A stretch of 64,000 nucleotides of DNA from a virus. Made by a program: the position numbers and the translations under genes. Shown here piece by piece: positions 9,829 through 19,529 of the stretch (position 1 is the first letter of the stretch; every line of letters begins with the position of its first letter). The stretch is from the IMG/VR virus record IMGVR_UViG_3300025383_001098. One strand, 5' to 3'. The notes under the pieces are model-generated. The model had not been told where the DNA came from and ran no database searches. It worked only from the letters and a program-made list of their open reading frames with translations.

Positions 9829-10140
9829 ATGAAAAAGATCATTGTAGCCGGTTTATTAGCACTATCATTTATTAACATAGCTCACGCTGAACGTTGGGCA
9901 CACGGTGGTGGTCGTTATTACTATCATCCTGGTTATGGTTGGGTGGTACCAGCATTAGTTGGTGGCGCTATCGTATACGAAGCTACTCGTCCTCCGGTTG
10001 TTATCCAACAACAGCCAATTTACATTCAGCAACAAATGCCACCTGCTGCACCTGTGTATCCAGCACCGGCCGGTTATCATTGGGAAGCCATGTTAGACGG
10101 TAATTGTAATTGTTATAAAACAGTATTGATTCCTAATTAA
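9829..10140 (+). CDS. exported Pro/Gln-rich small protein
   Basis: Signal peptide ending AHA; GGAIV hydrophobic segment; PPVVIQQQP; TAAGGAG SD. Confidence 0.7.
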   Translation: MKKIIVAGLLALSFINIAHAERWAHGGGRYYYHPGYGWVVPALVGGAIVYEATRPPVVIQQQPIYIQQQMPPAAPVYPAPAGYHWEAMLDGNCNCYKTVLIPN

Positions 10141-10320
10141 ATGAGAAAAATTTGTTTTGTTCTTATGATGATAATTGCCAGCACCGGAATGGCTGCTGGC
10201 CTACAACAGTTGTTTGATAGTTTAAAAAAACCTCCAACTACACAACCCGCTCCGCAACCACCGCAACCACCGCAACCACCTAAACCTCAACAACCGACTA
10301 AAAATGGCCTACAGCGATAA
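10141..10320 (+). CDS. small exported Pro-rich protein (59 aa, not in ORF track)
   Basis: MRKICFVLMMIIASTGMAAG...PQPPQPPQPP; ccgcaacca x3 at 10252-10278. Confidence 0.5.
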   Translation: MRKICFVLMMIIASTGMAAGLQQLFDSLKKPPTTQPAPQPPQPPQPPKPQQPTKNGLQR

Positions 10321-10684
10321 AGTAATCGATCACTACGAAAATCCACGTAACGTGGGTAAATTAGAAATGGACGACACAGTGGGAACAGGTGTAGTCGGTG
10401 CTCCTGCCTGTGGCGATGTTATGCGCCTACAGATCAAAGTAAATGAACAAGGTATAATCGAAGATGCAAAATTCAAAACATACGGTTGCGGATCAGCAAT
10501 CGCTTCCAGCTCACTGGTCACAGAATGGGTCAAAGGAAAAACTCTTGACGAGGCGGGCAGTATTAAAAACAGCGACATCGCCGAGGAGTTGGCTCTTCCA
10601 CCTGTTAAAATCCATTGCTCAATCCTCGCAGAAGATGCAATAAAGGCGGCTATCAATGATTACCGTAACAAACACAGCAAGTAA
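10304..10684 (+). CDS. iscU: Fe-S cluster scaffold IscU
   Basis: YSDKVIDHYENPRNVG, GAPACGDVM, GCGSAIASSS, LPPVKIHCS. Confidence 0.97.
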   Translation: MAYSDKVIDHYENPRNVGKLEMDDTVGTGVVGAPACGDVMRLQIKVNEQGIIEDAKFKTYGCGSAIASSSLVTEWVKGKTLDEAGSIKNSDIAEELALPPVKIHCSILAEDAIKAAINDYRNKHSK

Positions 10685-10976
10685 AAAAATACAAACTAAT
10701 CTGTCAAAACGTGGCAAGGGCATAGGTATCAAGGTGGGCGTAAGAACTACCGGGTGTAGCGGCCTTGCTTATGTATTAGAATATGTAGATGAAACTTGGG
10801 CAGGCTCCACCAGCTTCCCGCAAGATGGATTTAGCGTTATAGTAGACAACAGAGATTTGCCTATAGTAGACGAAATAGAAATAGACTACGTTAGACAAGG
10901 TTTAAACGAAGGTTTTGAATTTCGTAATCCCAGAGAAAAAGATCGCTGTGGTTGCGGAGAAAGTTTCAGAATTTAA
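10656..10976 (+). CDS. iscA: Fe-S A-type carrier IscA
   Basis: TTGCSGLAY and C-terminal CGCGESF. Confidence 0.95.
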   Translation: MITVTNTASKKIQTNLSKRGKGIGIKVGVRTTGCSGLAYVLEYVDETWAGSTSFPQDGFSVIVDNRDLPIVDEIEIDYVRQGLNEGFEFRNPREKDRCGCGESFRI

Positions 10977-11608
10977 TGAATCGTAAACTTGTTGTATTTG
11001 GAGATAGTTGGACCTGGGGAACAGGTCTTCAACCCAACGAACCAACATATGGAAAATTGATTGCTGACTATAGAAATATAGAATTTCAAAATTACTCTGT
11101 GCAAGGCACAGCAGCAGAGCACATGGTTCTTCAATTACAAGATTTATTAAGCAATATCGATCCTACGTTTAATTACACAGCTTTATTTTCTTTTACCGTA
11201 CTATCACGTCTGATGTATTATGCTGGCAAACAACCCGATACGGCCTATGTTATGTGGGATGGCACCAAAGACGATGTATCTGCAAGCTATTTTAAAAATA
11301 TACATTCAACTCTATTAGATCATTTTAAATTTTATACAACAGTATTGGCTTTGCAAAGTCTATGTCGACAGTACAAAATACAAGACTATTATGCTCTAAG
11401 TTTTTCAAAGGTCGATTGGGACCTTTTAAATTTTATAGGTGTTGATAGAAGTAAATTTTATAATCAAGGCACCTCAAATTTTTTAGATATCCTGGGATCT
11501 AAATATCCTGGAGATAATAAAATATATTTTGAAGGAACAGATGGCGGACACCCTAACGCACTGGGGCATCAAGTAATAGCTCAACATTTACAAGAGTGGA
11601 TAAATTGA
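10976..11608 (+). CDS. SGNH/GDSL-fold protein (esterase/acyltransferase-like)
   Basis: VFGDSWTWG block I and DGGHPNALGH block V; ATG overlaps the iscA stop. Confidence 0.75.
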   Translation: MNRKLVVFGDSWTWGTGLQPNEPTYGKLIADYRNIEFQNYSVQGTAAEHMVLQLQDLLSNIDPTFNYTALFSFTVLSRLMYYAGKQPDTAYVMWDGTKDDVSASYFKNIHSTLLDHFKFYTTVLALQSLCRQYKIQDYYALSFSKVDWDLLNFIGVDRSKFYNQGTSNFLDILGSKYPGDNKIYFEGTDGGHPNALGHQVIAQHLQEWIN

Positions 11609-12321
11609 AATTATTTGCCAACGGATGTAGTTTTACCTGGGGCGGTGAACTGTATAAATCGTTATACGACACCAATGGGCAACTGCTTGACTATACGAAC
11701 CCCGATCCTATAAACAAAGAAAGGCTGACTCGAGTTTGGCCTTTTCATTTGGCCGAACGGTTAGGAGCAGACTCGTGTGTTAATCTCAGTATGGGCTGTG
11801 GATCAAATGATCGCATAGTAAGAACAACTATTGATTTTTTTACACAAGAATCTGAGAAAGATTGGACTGCTGTAATACAGTGGGCACATCCACATAGATT
11901 TGAGTACTGGGAAGAAGAAACACAGGCCTGGACGCTTATTATACCGCAATGCGGAACATTAGGTAAGAATGTCAACGGAGATGTTTTTGATCGGGTCAGT
12001 AAGTTTAAAGATCAAGTATACCGCAATTACACAGATTATACCTACGCACAAAAATACTGGACTCAAGTAGTTAGTCTTGCTAATTTTTTTATAGCCAACA
12101 ATATAAAATATTATTTTGTTAATCTAATGCCTAACAGTTATTACAATCTATTAGATTTACATCAACAACAATACCTGGAAAATAAAATAAATTGGATTGG
12201 TCAAGGGCCGAGGCACGATTTGGTTAACATGTTTGACTCCCGCTTTGACACAGCACACCCAACAGAATCGGGGCATAAACAAATAGCCGATTATTTCTAT
12301 CATCAGATAACTCAATGCTAA
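11596..12321 (+). CDS. SGNH-fold protein (tandem paralogue)
   Basis: ANGCSFTWG, NLSMGCGSN, DTAHPTESGH. Confidence 0.7.
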   Translation: MDKLKLFANGCSFTWGGELYKSLYDTNGQLLDYTNPDPINKERLTRVWPFHLAERLGADSCVNLSMGCGSNDRIVRTTIDFFTQESEKDWTAVIQWAHPHRFEYWEEETQAWTLIIPQCGTLGKNVNGDVFDRVSKFKDQVYRNYTDYTYAQKYWTQVVSLANFFIANNIKYYFVNLMPNSYYNLLDLHQQQYLENKINWIGQGPRHDLVNMFDSRFDTAHPTESGHKQIADYFYHQITQC

Positions 12322-13421
12322 CGGTATTTACAGATAGTCGAGTACTTGATCTACAATGGCTACCTGCAATCAAGTTTAACGAACCTTATACAGTTTGTCA
12401 CAGTCTAACGGACTATATCAATGCCCCCGGTCGCAAAATAGCATTTACAATGTACATGATGGGACAAGATTACCACAGTCCTGTTAACTCGTTTGAAAGT
12501 TTTGTTAATCAACTAAGTCAAAATAGCGAAGCGGTATTTTGTTTTGACAGAGAAATGTCACTGCATTATTTTGATAAGTGGAATCAATGCACAGGAAAAA
12601 ATGTTTATTGGCTAACTCCTGCATTTATTAACGAGCAACATCCAGTAAAAGATCGTGTAATTTTTTGGGGGGATTGGTTTGAAACATCAACTGCTCTCTA
12701 TAAAGCCTTGCCTGATGTTTTGTCTACTGTAGATCCGTATAAAACAAAATCAAAATATTTTGATGCCTTATTAGGATTAAAGAAACCCAACAGAACATTT
12801 GTTTATGAAAATGTAAACAAACATAATTTAACCGATCAAATCATAATGACCTACAATGTTGATCGTAGAGTACAACCCGAGACCGGTCGGTATGATTACA
12901 CTGACGAGTTTTATGCTAAAGATTATTTTATCTGGGAGCCAGGAACCAAAGTTGCTGATCCAATAAAGGAAACAGCAAATTATGTTCAGTATCAAGGTCA
13001 GACTACGAGATTAAGTCAAATTATTCCTGTACAAGTTTATAATGATACGGCCTACAGCATAGTGGCCGAAACAGACTTTAGAAACGAACACAGTTTCTAT
13101 ACAGAAAAAACAGCCAAAGCTCTAATGGCACGTAGACTATTTGTGGCATTCAGCGGTCGTGGATTCTTGAGCAATTTACAATCTTTAGGGTTTAAAACTT
13201 TTGGTGATATAATTGATGAAAGTTACGACAACACGCCGCCGGCAGAGGAACGATGGGCTCAAGCGTTCGAACAAGTTCGGTACTTATGTGGTTGCGATCA
13301 ACAGGAAACTTATGCTAAAATAAAACCCATTGCCGAGCATAATTATAATTTAATAATGAATCAAAATTGGAACCAGCTCGCCGCAGATAAAATTACGAAT
13401 ATAATAAACCATGCTCATTGA
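12315..13421 (+). CDS. putative glycosyltransferase (GT10-like motif), paralogue 1
   Basis: FDALLG..K..R, YSIVAET...FYTEKTAK, LGFKTFGDIIDESYD. Confidence 0.55.
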   Translation: MLTVFTDSRVLDLQWLPAIKFNEPYTVCHSLTDYINAPGRKIAFTMYMMGQDYHSPVNSFESFVNQLSQNSEAVFCFDREMSLHYFDKWNQCTGKNVYWLTPAFINEQHPVKDRVIFWGDWFETSTALYKALPDVLSTVDPYKTKSKYFDALLGLKKPNRTFVYENVNKHNLTDQIIMTYNVDRRVQPETGRYDYTDEFYAKDYFIWEPGTKVADPIKETANYVQYQGQTTRLSQIIPVQVYNDTAYSIVAETDFRNEHSFYTEKTAKALMARRLFVAFSGRGFLSNLQSLGFKTFGDIIDESYDNTPPAEERWAQAFEQVRYLCGCDQQETYAKIKPIAEHNYNLIMNQNWNQLAADKITNIINHAH

Positions 13422-14121
13422 TCGTTACAATTACAAACCTATTGACCGTACTACCATTAATGGAAAAAGACATTATTGTTTACCCGATGGATCAGCGGTG
13501 CCCAGCGTTACAACAATCTTAGATCGAACAAAACCACAAGAAAAACGCGAAGCACTTGAGCGATGGAAAAAATCTGTAGGAGCCGAACGTGCTCAACAAA
13601 TTACTACAGAAGCCGCTAATCGCGGAACACGTATGCACAGTTACTTAGAACACTATGTTAAAACTGGCGACATGAAAGAACTTCCTACTAACCCATTTGC
13701 ACAGCCGTCGTGGTTTATGGCCGCACAGGTTATCTTAGAAGGATTCGCCAATATCAATGAAGTCTGGGGAGTCGAAGTTCCTGTTTATTATAGTGGGTTA
13801 TATGCCGGTACTACAGACTCTGTGGGAGTGCATTCAGGTAAACCCAGTATCATGGATTATAAGCAAACTAATAAATTAAAAAAACGTGAATATATTGACG
13901 ATTACTTTATACAATTGGCGGCCTATGCACAGGCGCATAATAATATGCACGGAACTGACATCAAAAGAGGGGTAATTCTTATGTGTCAGCAGCCGAAAGA
14001 GCTCAGTCCTGGCGTTTTTGACACCCCTGTTTATCAAGAGTTTATACTTGAAGGCGCAGAATTTGACCACTATAACAACGAGTGGAACAAGAGAGTTGAG
14101 CTATACTATCTCACAAACTAA
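13411..14121 (+). CDS. PD-(D/E)XK exonuclease (MGME1/Cas4-like phage exonuclease)
   Basis: PSVTTIL, RGTRMH, E..V, YAGTTD, IMDYKQT, QLAAYA. Confidence 0.9.
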   Translation: MLIDRYNYKPIDRTTINGKRHYCLPDGSAVPSVTTILDRTKPQEKREALERWKKSVGAERAQQITTEAANRGTRMHSYLEHYVKTGDMKELPTNPFAQPSWFMAAQVILEGFANINEVWGVEVPVYYSGLYAGTTDSVGVHSGKPSIMDYKQTNKLKKREYIDDYFIQLAAYAQAHNNMHGTDIKRGVILMCQQPKELSPGVFDTPVYQEFILEGAEFDHYNNEWNKRVELYYLTN

Positions 14122-14151
14122 ATACAGTATACACGTTGGGATCAGTTAAGT

Positions 14152-14712
14152 ATGGCAATAGTACAAATTTCAAGAATTCAGCAAAGACGCGGGCTTAATC
14201 AGGACCTGCCGCAGTTGGCCAGCGCCGAGTTGGCCTGGAGTGTTGATACACGCCAACTTTACATTGGTAATGGTACTTTGGCAGAAGGTGCACCTACTGA
14301 AGGTGTGACTGAAATTTTAACTGAATATTCTATTATTAATTTCACTGATCAGTTTACCAGTGATTTTGCCAATCTTCAGGCCAATGTGGCTACAATTTAC
14401 GCAGAAGTAACAGCCGCAGGTGGTATCAAATCAAACGTAGTTTTAGCAGCCAACACCGCAGGTATATTTTCTACAATCACAGCTAACAATGCCACGGTTA
14501 ACTATACCTTATATCAAGGTACAACACAAAGAACTGGAACTATTAAATTAAGTCGCTTTGCCACCGGATCATCGTTGGCATTTGAAGAAGACTATAACCA
14601 GACAGCAGGAACTGATATATTCTTTACCGCGAACGCTAACACAACACAAGCCAATTTAAATTACACAACAACGTCCCAGACAACAGTAGTATATTCAATT
14701 ACAAACGTATAA
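14152..14712 (+). CDS. virion tail/fibre-associated protein (Mtd N-terminal-like domain)
   Basis: RIQQRRG..LPQLASAELAWSVDTRQLYIGNG; TAAATA upstream. Confidence 0.65.
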   Translation: MAIVQISRIQQRRGLNQDLPQLASAELAWSVDTRQLYIGNGTLAEGAPTEGVTEILTEYSIINFTDQFTSDFANLQANVATIYAEVTAAGGIKSNVVLAANTAGIFSTITANNATVNYTLYQGTTQRTGTIKLSRFATGSSLAFEEDYNQTAGTDIFFTANANTTQANLNYTTTSQTTVVYSITNV

Positions 14713-14723
14713 TATAAAAACAC

Positions 14724-15173
14724 ATGTGGAAACTTGAACCAGACGAGAGGATATCTCGTTGGCGTGACTTTCGAAAATCGCTCGACCAACTCAGTTTAGA
14801 ACAAGCACTCAACGAAGTTGCCAATTTTTGGCAAAGCTGTCCTCACTCACCTTACTATTTGGATCCATTAGACACCAACACCTGGCCCTCTCCTTGGGAG
14901 TTAATTGCCGAAAATTATTATTGTGATCTTGCAAAAGCCTGCGGTATGCTGTATACTATATACTTTACTGAACATGGAAAAGAGTTGGATGCCGAAATAC
15001 GAGTATATTATGATCCCGAAACTCGGTACACCTATAATTTAGCCGTTCTGTCACAGGGAAAATATATGCTTAATTTCATTGATGGCTCGGTCGTAAATAC
15101 TCTATCAATAAATAAAAACTTACAGTTAAAACATAGTTACAGTAGCAAAGATTTAAAATTACAAGAATATTAG
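14724..15173 (+). CDS. hypothetical protein, possibly transglutaminase-like fold
   Basis: WPSPWELI...YCDLAKA resembles BTLCP-type proteins. Confidence 0.5.
   Translation: MWKLEPDERISRWRDFRKSLDQLSLEQALNEVANFWQSCPHSPYYLDPLDTNTWPSPWELIAENYYCDLAKACGMLYTIYFTEHGKELDAEIRVYYDPETRYTYNLAVLSQGKYMLNFIDGSVVNTLSINKNLQLKHSYSSKDLKLQEY
14929..14957 (+). promoter_or_regulatory. intragenic sigma70-type promoter likely driving nrdAB
   Basis: TTGCAA-17-TATACT about 225 nt upstream of nrdA. Confidence 0.4.
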
Positions 15174-15181
15174 AGGGATCG

Positions 15182-17485
15182 ATGACGCAAATTCAAGTTA
15201 CAAAGAGAGAAGGACATAAAGAAGTCCTCGATTTAGAAAAACTACACAAGGTAGTTTTTTGGGCCACACAGGGTATTACTGGTGTCAGTGCCAGCGAAGT
15301 GGAAATAAAAAGTCACATACAGTTTTACAACGGAATCAAAACGGCCGACATTCAAGAAACATTGATCAAAAGTGCTGCAGATTTAATTTCAGAAGAAACA
15401 CCAAATTATCAATACGTAGCAGGTCGTTTAATTAACTACCATCTGCGTAAACAAGTTTATCATGATTATCAACCATGGCCTTTGCTACAGTTAGTTAAAC
15501 GTAATGTAGCCAATGGATTTTATGACCGTGGATTGTTGGAAGCCTACTCCGAAGACGAGTGGGATCAATTAGATCATAAGATTGATCACAGCCGAGATGA
15601 GAACTTTACCTATGTTGCCATGGAACAATGGCGCGGTAAGTATCTTGTACAAAACCGTGTTAGCGGAGAAATCTATGAAACACCGCAAATAGCCTATATG
15701 CTTATTGCGGCAACACTATTTCAATCATATCCAAAAGACACAAGATTAAAATGGATATCAGATTATTATGATGCAATTAGTCTTGGAGACATTAGCCTTC
15801 CTACCCCTGTCATGGCTGGTGTACGCACTCCTCAGAAACAATTCAGTTCCTGCGTTCTCATTGAAACAGATGACAGTCTTGACAGTATTAACGCTACTGC
15901 TTCTTCTATTGTCAAGTACGTATCACAAAAAGCCGGCATCGGTATCGGTGCAGGCCGCATCCGTGCATTGGGATCACCGATCCGTTCAGGCGATGCTTAC
16001 CACACAGGTGTAATCCCGTTCTACAAGCTATTCCAAAGTGCCACACGTTCATGTAGTCAAGGTGGTGTACGTAATGGTGCCGCAACACTTTATTATCCTA
16101 TCTGGCATTTAGAAATTGAAGACCTTATTGTGTTGAAGAACAACAAAGGTACCGAGGATAATCGTGTACGTCACATGGATTATGGAGTACAATTCAATAA
16201 GTTAATGTATGAAAGATTAATCACAGGTGGCGATATTACCTGTTTTAGTCCTCACGATGTGCCTGAAATGTTTGATGCTTTCTTTGCAGATCAAGACAAG
16301 TTCAAAGAGTTATATGAACGTGCCGAACGCAATACCAAGTTGCGTAAAAAGACCTTCAAAGCCGCAGAATTGTTTAGTCGCTTTATGCAAGAACGCAAAG
16401 ATACAGGACGTATCTATTTGCAAAACGTGGACCATGCCAATACGCACAGTCCATTTGATGAAAGTGTAGCACCCGTAAAGATGTCAAACCTTTGTTGTGA
16501 AATTGATTTACCAACAGTTCCACTCAATGATGTCAACGACGAAGATGGTAGGATCGCACTATGTACTTTAAGTGCGATCAATTGGGGCAATGTAAAAAGC
16601 CCACATGACTTCCAGAGACCCTGTGAACTGGCAGTACGTGGATTAGATGCTTTATTAAGCTATCAAGGTTATCCAATTAAGGCCGCTGAGTTAGCCACTA
16701 AAGAATTTCGTCCATTGGGAGTAGGCATCATTAACTTTGCGTATTTCTTGGCAAAGAATGATGTTAGTTATTCAGATCCACAAGCATTAGCATTAGTCGA
16801 CGAGTTTGCTGAAGCCTGGAGTTATTACTTGCTCAAAGCTTCAGCAGATCTCGCTGTTGAACAAGGCGCCTGTGGTCGTTGGCAAGATCTTAAATCAGCA
16901 CGTGGTATCTTACCAATTGATACACGTAAGGCAGAGATTGATGAATTAGTTCCTCATCAAGAGCGTATGCCTTGGGCAGAGTTACGTGAACAAACCAAAG
17001 CCACTGGTCAGCGTAATGCTACCCTAATGGCTCTGATGCCAGCAGAAACTTCAGCGCAGATTGCTAACGCAACAAACGGCATTGAGCCCCCACGTAATTA
17101 TGTTAGTATTAAACAAAGTAAGCATGGTGTTCTTAAACAAGTAGTTCCTGAATATCGCCGCCTTAAAAACAAATACGAACTATTGTGGGATCAAAAATCA
17201 CCAGAGGGTTACCTAAAACTCTGTGCCGTCCTACAAAAATACATTGATCAAGGCATCAGTGTTAATACTTCTTACAATCCACGTTTTTATGCGGATGAAA
17301 AAATTCCAATGAGCGATATGCTCAAAGATGTTATACAGTTTTATAAGTATGGTGGTAAACAGTTGTACTATTTTAACACCAACGATGGTCAAGGTGAAAT
17401 CGATATAGAAAAATTGTCTGCTCAACAAACTGAACCAGAACAAACAACAGTAGATGATGCTGATTGTGATAGTTGCGTAATTTAA
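15182..17485 (+). CDS. nrdA: class Ia ribonucleotide reductase alpha subunit
   Basis: ATP cone VTKREG, QFSSCVLI, SNLCCEI, MPAETSAQ, LYY, C-terminal CDSC. Confidence 0.98.
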   Translation: MTQIQVTKREGHKEVLDLEKLHKVVFWATQGITGVSASEVEIKSHIQFYNGIKTADIQETLIKSAADLISEETPNYQYVAGRLINYHLRKQVYHDYQPWPLLQLVKRNVANGFYDRGLLEAYSEDEWDQLDHKIDHSRDENFTYVAMEQWRGKYLVQNRVSGEIYETPQIAYMLIAATLFQSYPKDTRLKWISDYYDAISLGDISLPTPVMAGVRTPQKQFSSCVLIETDDSLDSINATASSIVKYVSQKAGIGIGAGRIRALGSPIRSGDAYHTGVIPFYKLFQSATRSCSQGGVRNGAATLYYPIWHLEIEDLIVLKNNKGTEDNRVRHMDYGVQFNKLMYERLITGGDITCFSPHDVPEMFDAFFADQDKFKELYERAERNTKLRKKTFKAAELFSRFMQERKDTGRIYLQNVDHANTHSPFDESVAPVKMSNLCCEIDLPTVPLNDVNDEDGRIALCTLSAINWGNVKSPHDFQRPCELAVRGLDALLSYQGYPIKAAELATKEFRPLGVGIINFAYFLAKNDVSYSDPQALALVDEFAEAWSYYLLKASADLAVEQGACGRWQDLKSARGILPIDTRKAEIDELVPHQERMPWAELREQTKATGQRNATLMALMPAETSAQIANATNGIEPPRNYVSIKQSKHGVLKQVVPEYRRLKNKYELLWDQKSPEGYLKLCAVLQKYIDQGISVNTSYNPRFYADEKIPMSDMLKDVIQFYKYGGKQLYYFNTNDGQGEIDIEKLSAQQTEPEQTTVDDADCDSCVI

Positions 17486-17495
17486 GGAAAGTAAA

Positions 17496-18623
17496 ATGAG
17501 CGTATTCAATATTCGTAAAACCGATCACACCCAGTCTTTAGCATTTTTAGACACAAACGGAACCCCCGCTATTCAACGTTATGACGTACTAAAGTATCGT
17601 CAATTTGACAAGTTGACAGACAAACAGTTGGGATTCTTTTGGCGTCCAGAGGAAGTAGATGTACTTCGTGATGCTAAAGATTTTAAAGAATTAACTGACT
17701 TTGAAAAGCATATCTTTACCAGTAACTTAAAGCGTCAAATCCTATTAGACTCTGTGCAAGGTCGTAGTCCTAACTTGGCTTTCTTGCCTCTTGCTACGAT
17801 TCCCGAATTAGAAACATGGATTGAGACTTGGGCCTTTAACGAAACGATTCATTCTCGTAGTTATACACATATTATCCGTAACGTATACAGTAACCCCAGC
17901 GAAGTATTTGACGAACTAATGGACTTAGATGAAATCGTTGCCTGTGCCGGAGATATCAGCAAGTATTACGATTCATTGATTGAGGGCGCAGGTTGGTTCC
18001 GTATGTTGGGGTATGGTACCCACTCAGTCAACGGCAAAGAAATTGTAGTTGATCCTTATCAACTTAAACGTAAGTTGTGGTTATGCTTGAATAGTGTAAA
18101 CGCATTAGAAGGCATTCGTTTTTATGTTAGCTTTGCTTGCTCATGGGCATTTGCAGAGTTGAAAAAGATGGAAGGTAATGCTAAAATTATTAAACTAATT
18201 GCACGTGACGAAAACGTACACTTAGGATCTACACAGACCCTGCTCAAATTACTTCCGCAAGACGATCCAGACTATGTTACAATCAAGGCCGAAACCAAGG
18301 TTGAGTGTGAACAGATGTTCCTGGCAGCTGCGGCACAAGAAAAAGCCTGGGCCAAGTATTTGTTCAAAGATGGATCAATGATTGGTCTTAACGAAGTATT
18401 GTTAAGTCAATATATTGATTGGCTAACCTGTAAACGTATGACAGCAGTAGGATTAGACTGCGGTATGAAACCCGGTGCAAGCAATCCGTTACCATGGACA
18501 CAAAAATGGATCGCCGGGGCAGATGTACAAGTAGCACCACAAGAAACAGAAATTACCACTTATGTAATTGGTGGTACAAAACAAGACGTTGACCAAGATA
18601 CATTTAAAGGATTTAGTTTATGA
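17496..18623 (+). CDS. nrdB: class Ia ribonucleotide reductase beta subunit
   Basis: FFWRPEEVD, ETIHSRSY, LEGIRFYVSF, RDENVH, VAPQETEITTY. Confidence 0.98.
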   Translation: MSVFNIRKTDHTQSLAFLDTNGTPAIQRYDVLKYRQFDKLTDKQLGFFWRPEEVDVLRDAKDFKELTDFEKHIFTSNLKRQILLDSVQGRSPNLAFLPLATIPELETWIETWAFNETIHSRSYTHIIRNVYSNPSEVFDELMDLDEIVACAGDISKYYDSLIEGAGWFRMLGYGTHSVNGKEIVVDPYQLKRKLWLCLNSVNALEGIRFYVSFACSWAFAELKKMEGNAKIIKLIARDENVHLGSTQTLLKLLPQDDPDYVTIKAETKVECEQMFLAAAAQEKAWAKYLFKDGSMIGLNEVLLSQYIDWLTCKRMTAVGLDCGMKPGASNPLPWTQKWIAGADVQVAPQETEITTYVIGGTKQDVDQDTFKGFSL

Positions 18624-18865
18624 TTACAGTATATTCAAAAAACAACTGCCCTTTTTGCGTTCAAGCAAAAAGCCTACTACAATTAAAAGGCGTTGAATTT
18701 GAAGAAGTAAAAATTGACGAAAGCTCAGAAGCACGTGAATTTGTTGTAGGTGAAGGACATAGAACTGTGCCGCAGATCTATAAAGATGGTAAACTATTAG
18801 TCGAAGGTGGCTTTCAAGGTCTCAAACGACAGTCAGAAGAATTTTTCGAACAACTAAAAGGTTAA
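18620..18865 (+). CDS. glutaredoxin
   Basis: CPFC, TVPQI, GGF. Confidence 0.95.
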   Translation: MITVYSKNNCPFCVQAKSLLQLKGVEFEEVKIDESSEAREFVVGEGHRTVPQIYKDGKLLVEGGFQGLKRQSEEFFEQLKG

Positions 18866-18866
18866 T

Positions 18867-19178
18867 ATGTTAATTTCAAAATCAAAAATCTCCGACGGAG
18901 ACATTGCATCATTCAAGTTAAACAACGGGGACGAGCTCGTTGCTAAAATTGTAAGCCAAACAGACACTACTTATACACTGAGTAAACCATGTACAGTAGT
19001 TCCTGGACAAAAAGGTATTGGACTTATGCAGAGTATGTTTAGTATCGATCCAGATGGCGAAGTTGAACTAAGTAAACAACATATAATGATCACAGCGCCG
19101 ACTATTAAGCCAATGCAAGATCACTATATACAAGTAACTACAGGAATCCAAACTGCACCCAGTGGGATCATAACATAA
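18867..19178 (+). CDS. conserved T4-like small beta protein (Sm-like)
   Basis: FKLNNGDELVAKIV pattern. Confidence 0.6.
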   Translation: MLISKSKISDGDIASFKLNNGDELVAKIVSQTDTTYTLSKPCTVVPGQKGIGLMQSMFSIDPDGEVELSKQHIMITAPTIKPMQDHYIQVTTGIQTAPSGIIT

Positions 19179-19474
19179 TGCCAGAAGCTGCCAGAATCAA
19201 TGATGTAGACAATAGCGACGGACACCTCGAAAGTGCTGGAGCAACAACGGTTAAAATAAACGGACAATTGGCAGCATTAGTTGGCACAGTGGATCGTAGT
19301 CATGCCCCTTATCCAAGACGACATTCAAATCCACATCCACCACATCAAGCGGCCACTATCAGTCAAGGCAGTAGCACGGTTAGAATTGAAGGCAAATTTG
19401 CTGCACGTAAGGGCGATCCTTTGACCTGCAACCATGTGGTTAATCAAGGCAGTCCCGACGTTAATATCGGATAA
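19178..19474 (+). CDS. PAAR-repeat spike tip protein
   Basis: PEAARIND, VKINGQLAA, VRIEGKFAARKGD, CNH..QGSPDV. Confidence 0.9.
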   Translation: MPEAARINDVDNSDGHLESAGATTVKINGQLAALVGTVDRSHAPYPRRHSNPHPPHQAATISQGSSTVRIEGKFAARKGDPLTCNHVVNQGSPDVNIG

Positions 19475-19529
19475 AAATAATAGTAGTAGTTTATTTTTGC
19501 CTTAAATACACAATAAGGCAAAATTTCAA

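Noticed and set aside
13411-14121. Cas4 / CRISPR adaptation gene
   Set aside because: Lacks the four-Cys Fe-S motif and any cas context; typical stand-alone phage exonuclease
15182-18623. Introns, inteins or homing endonucleases in nrdA/nrdB (or the helicase)
   Set aside because: Proteins are contiguous and of normal length with all motifs in order
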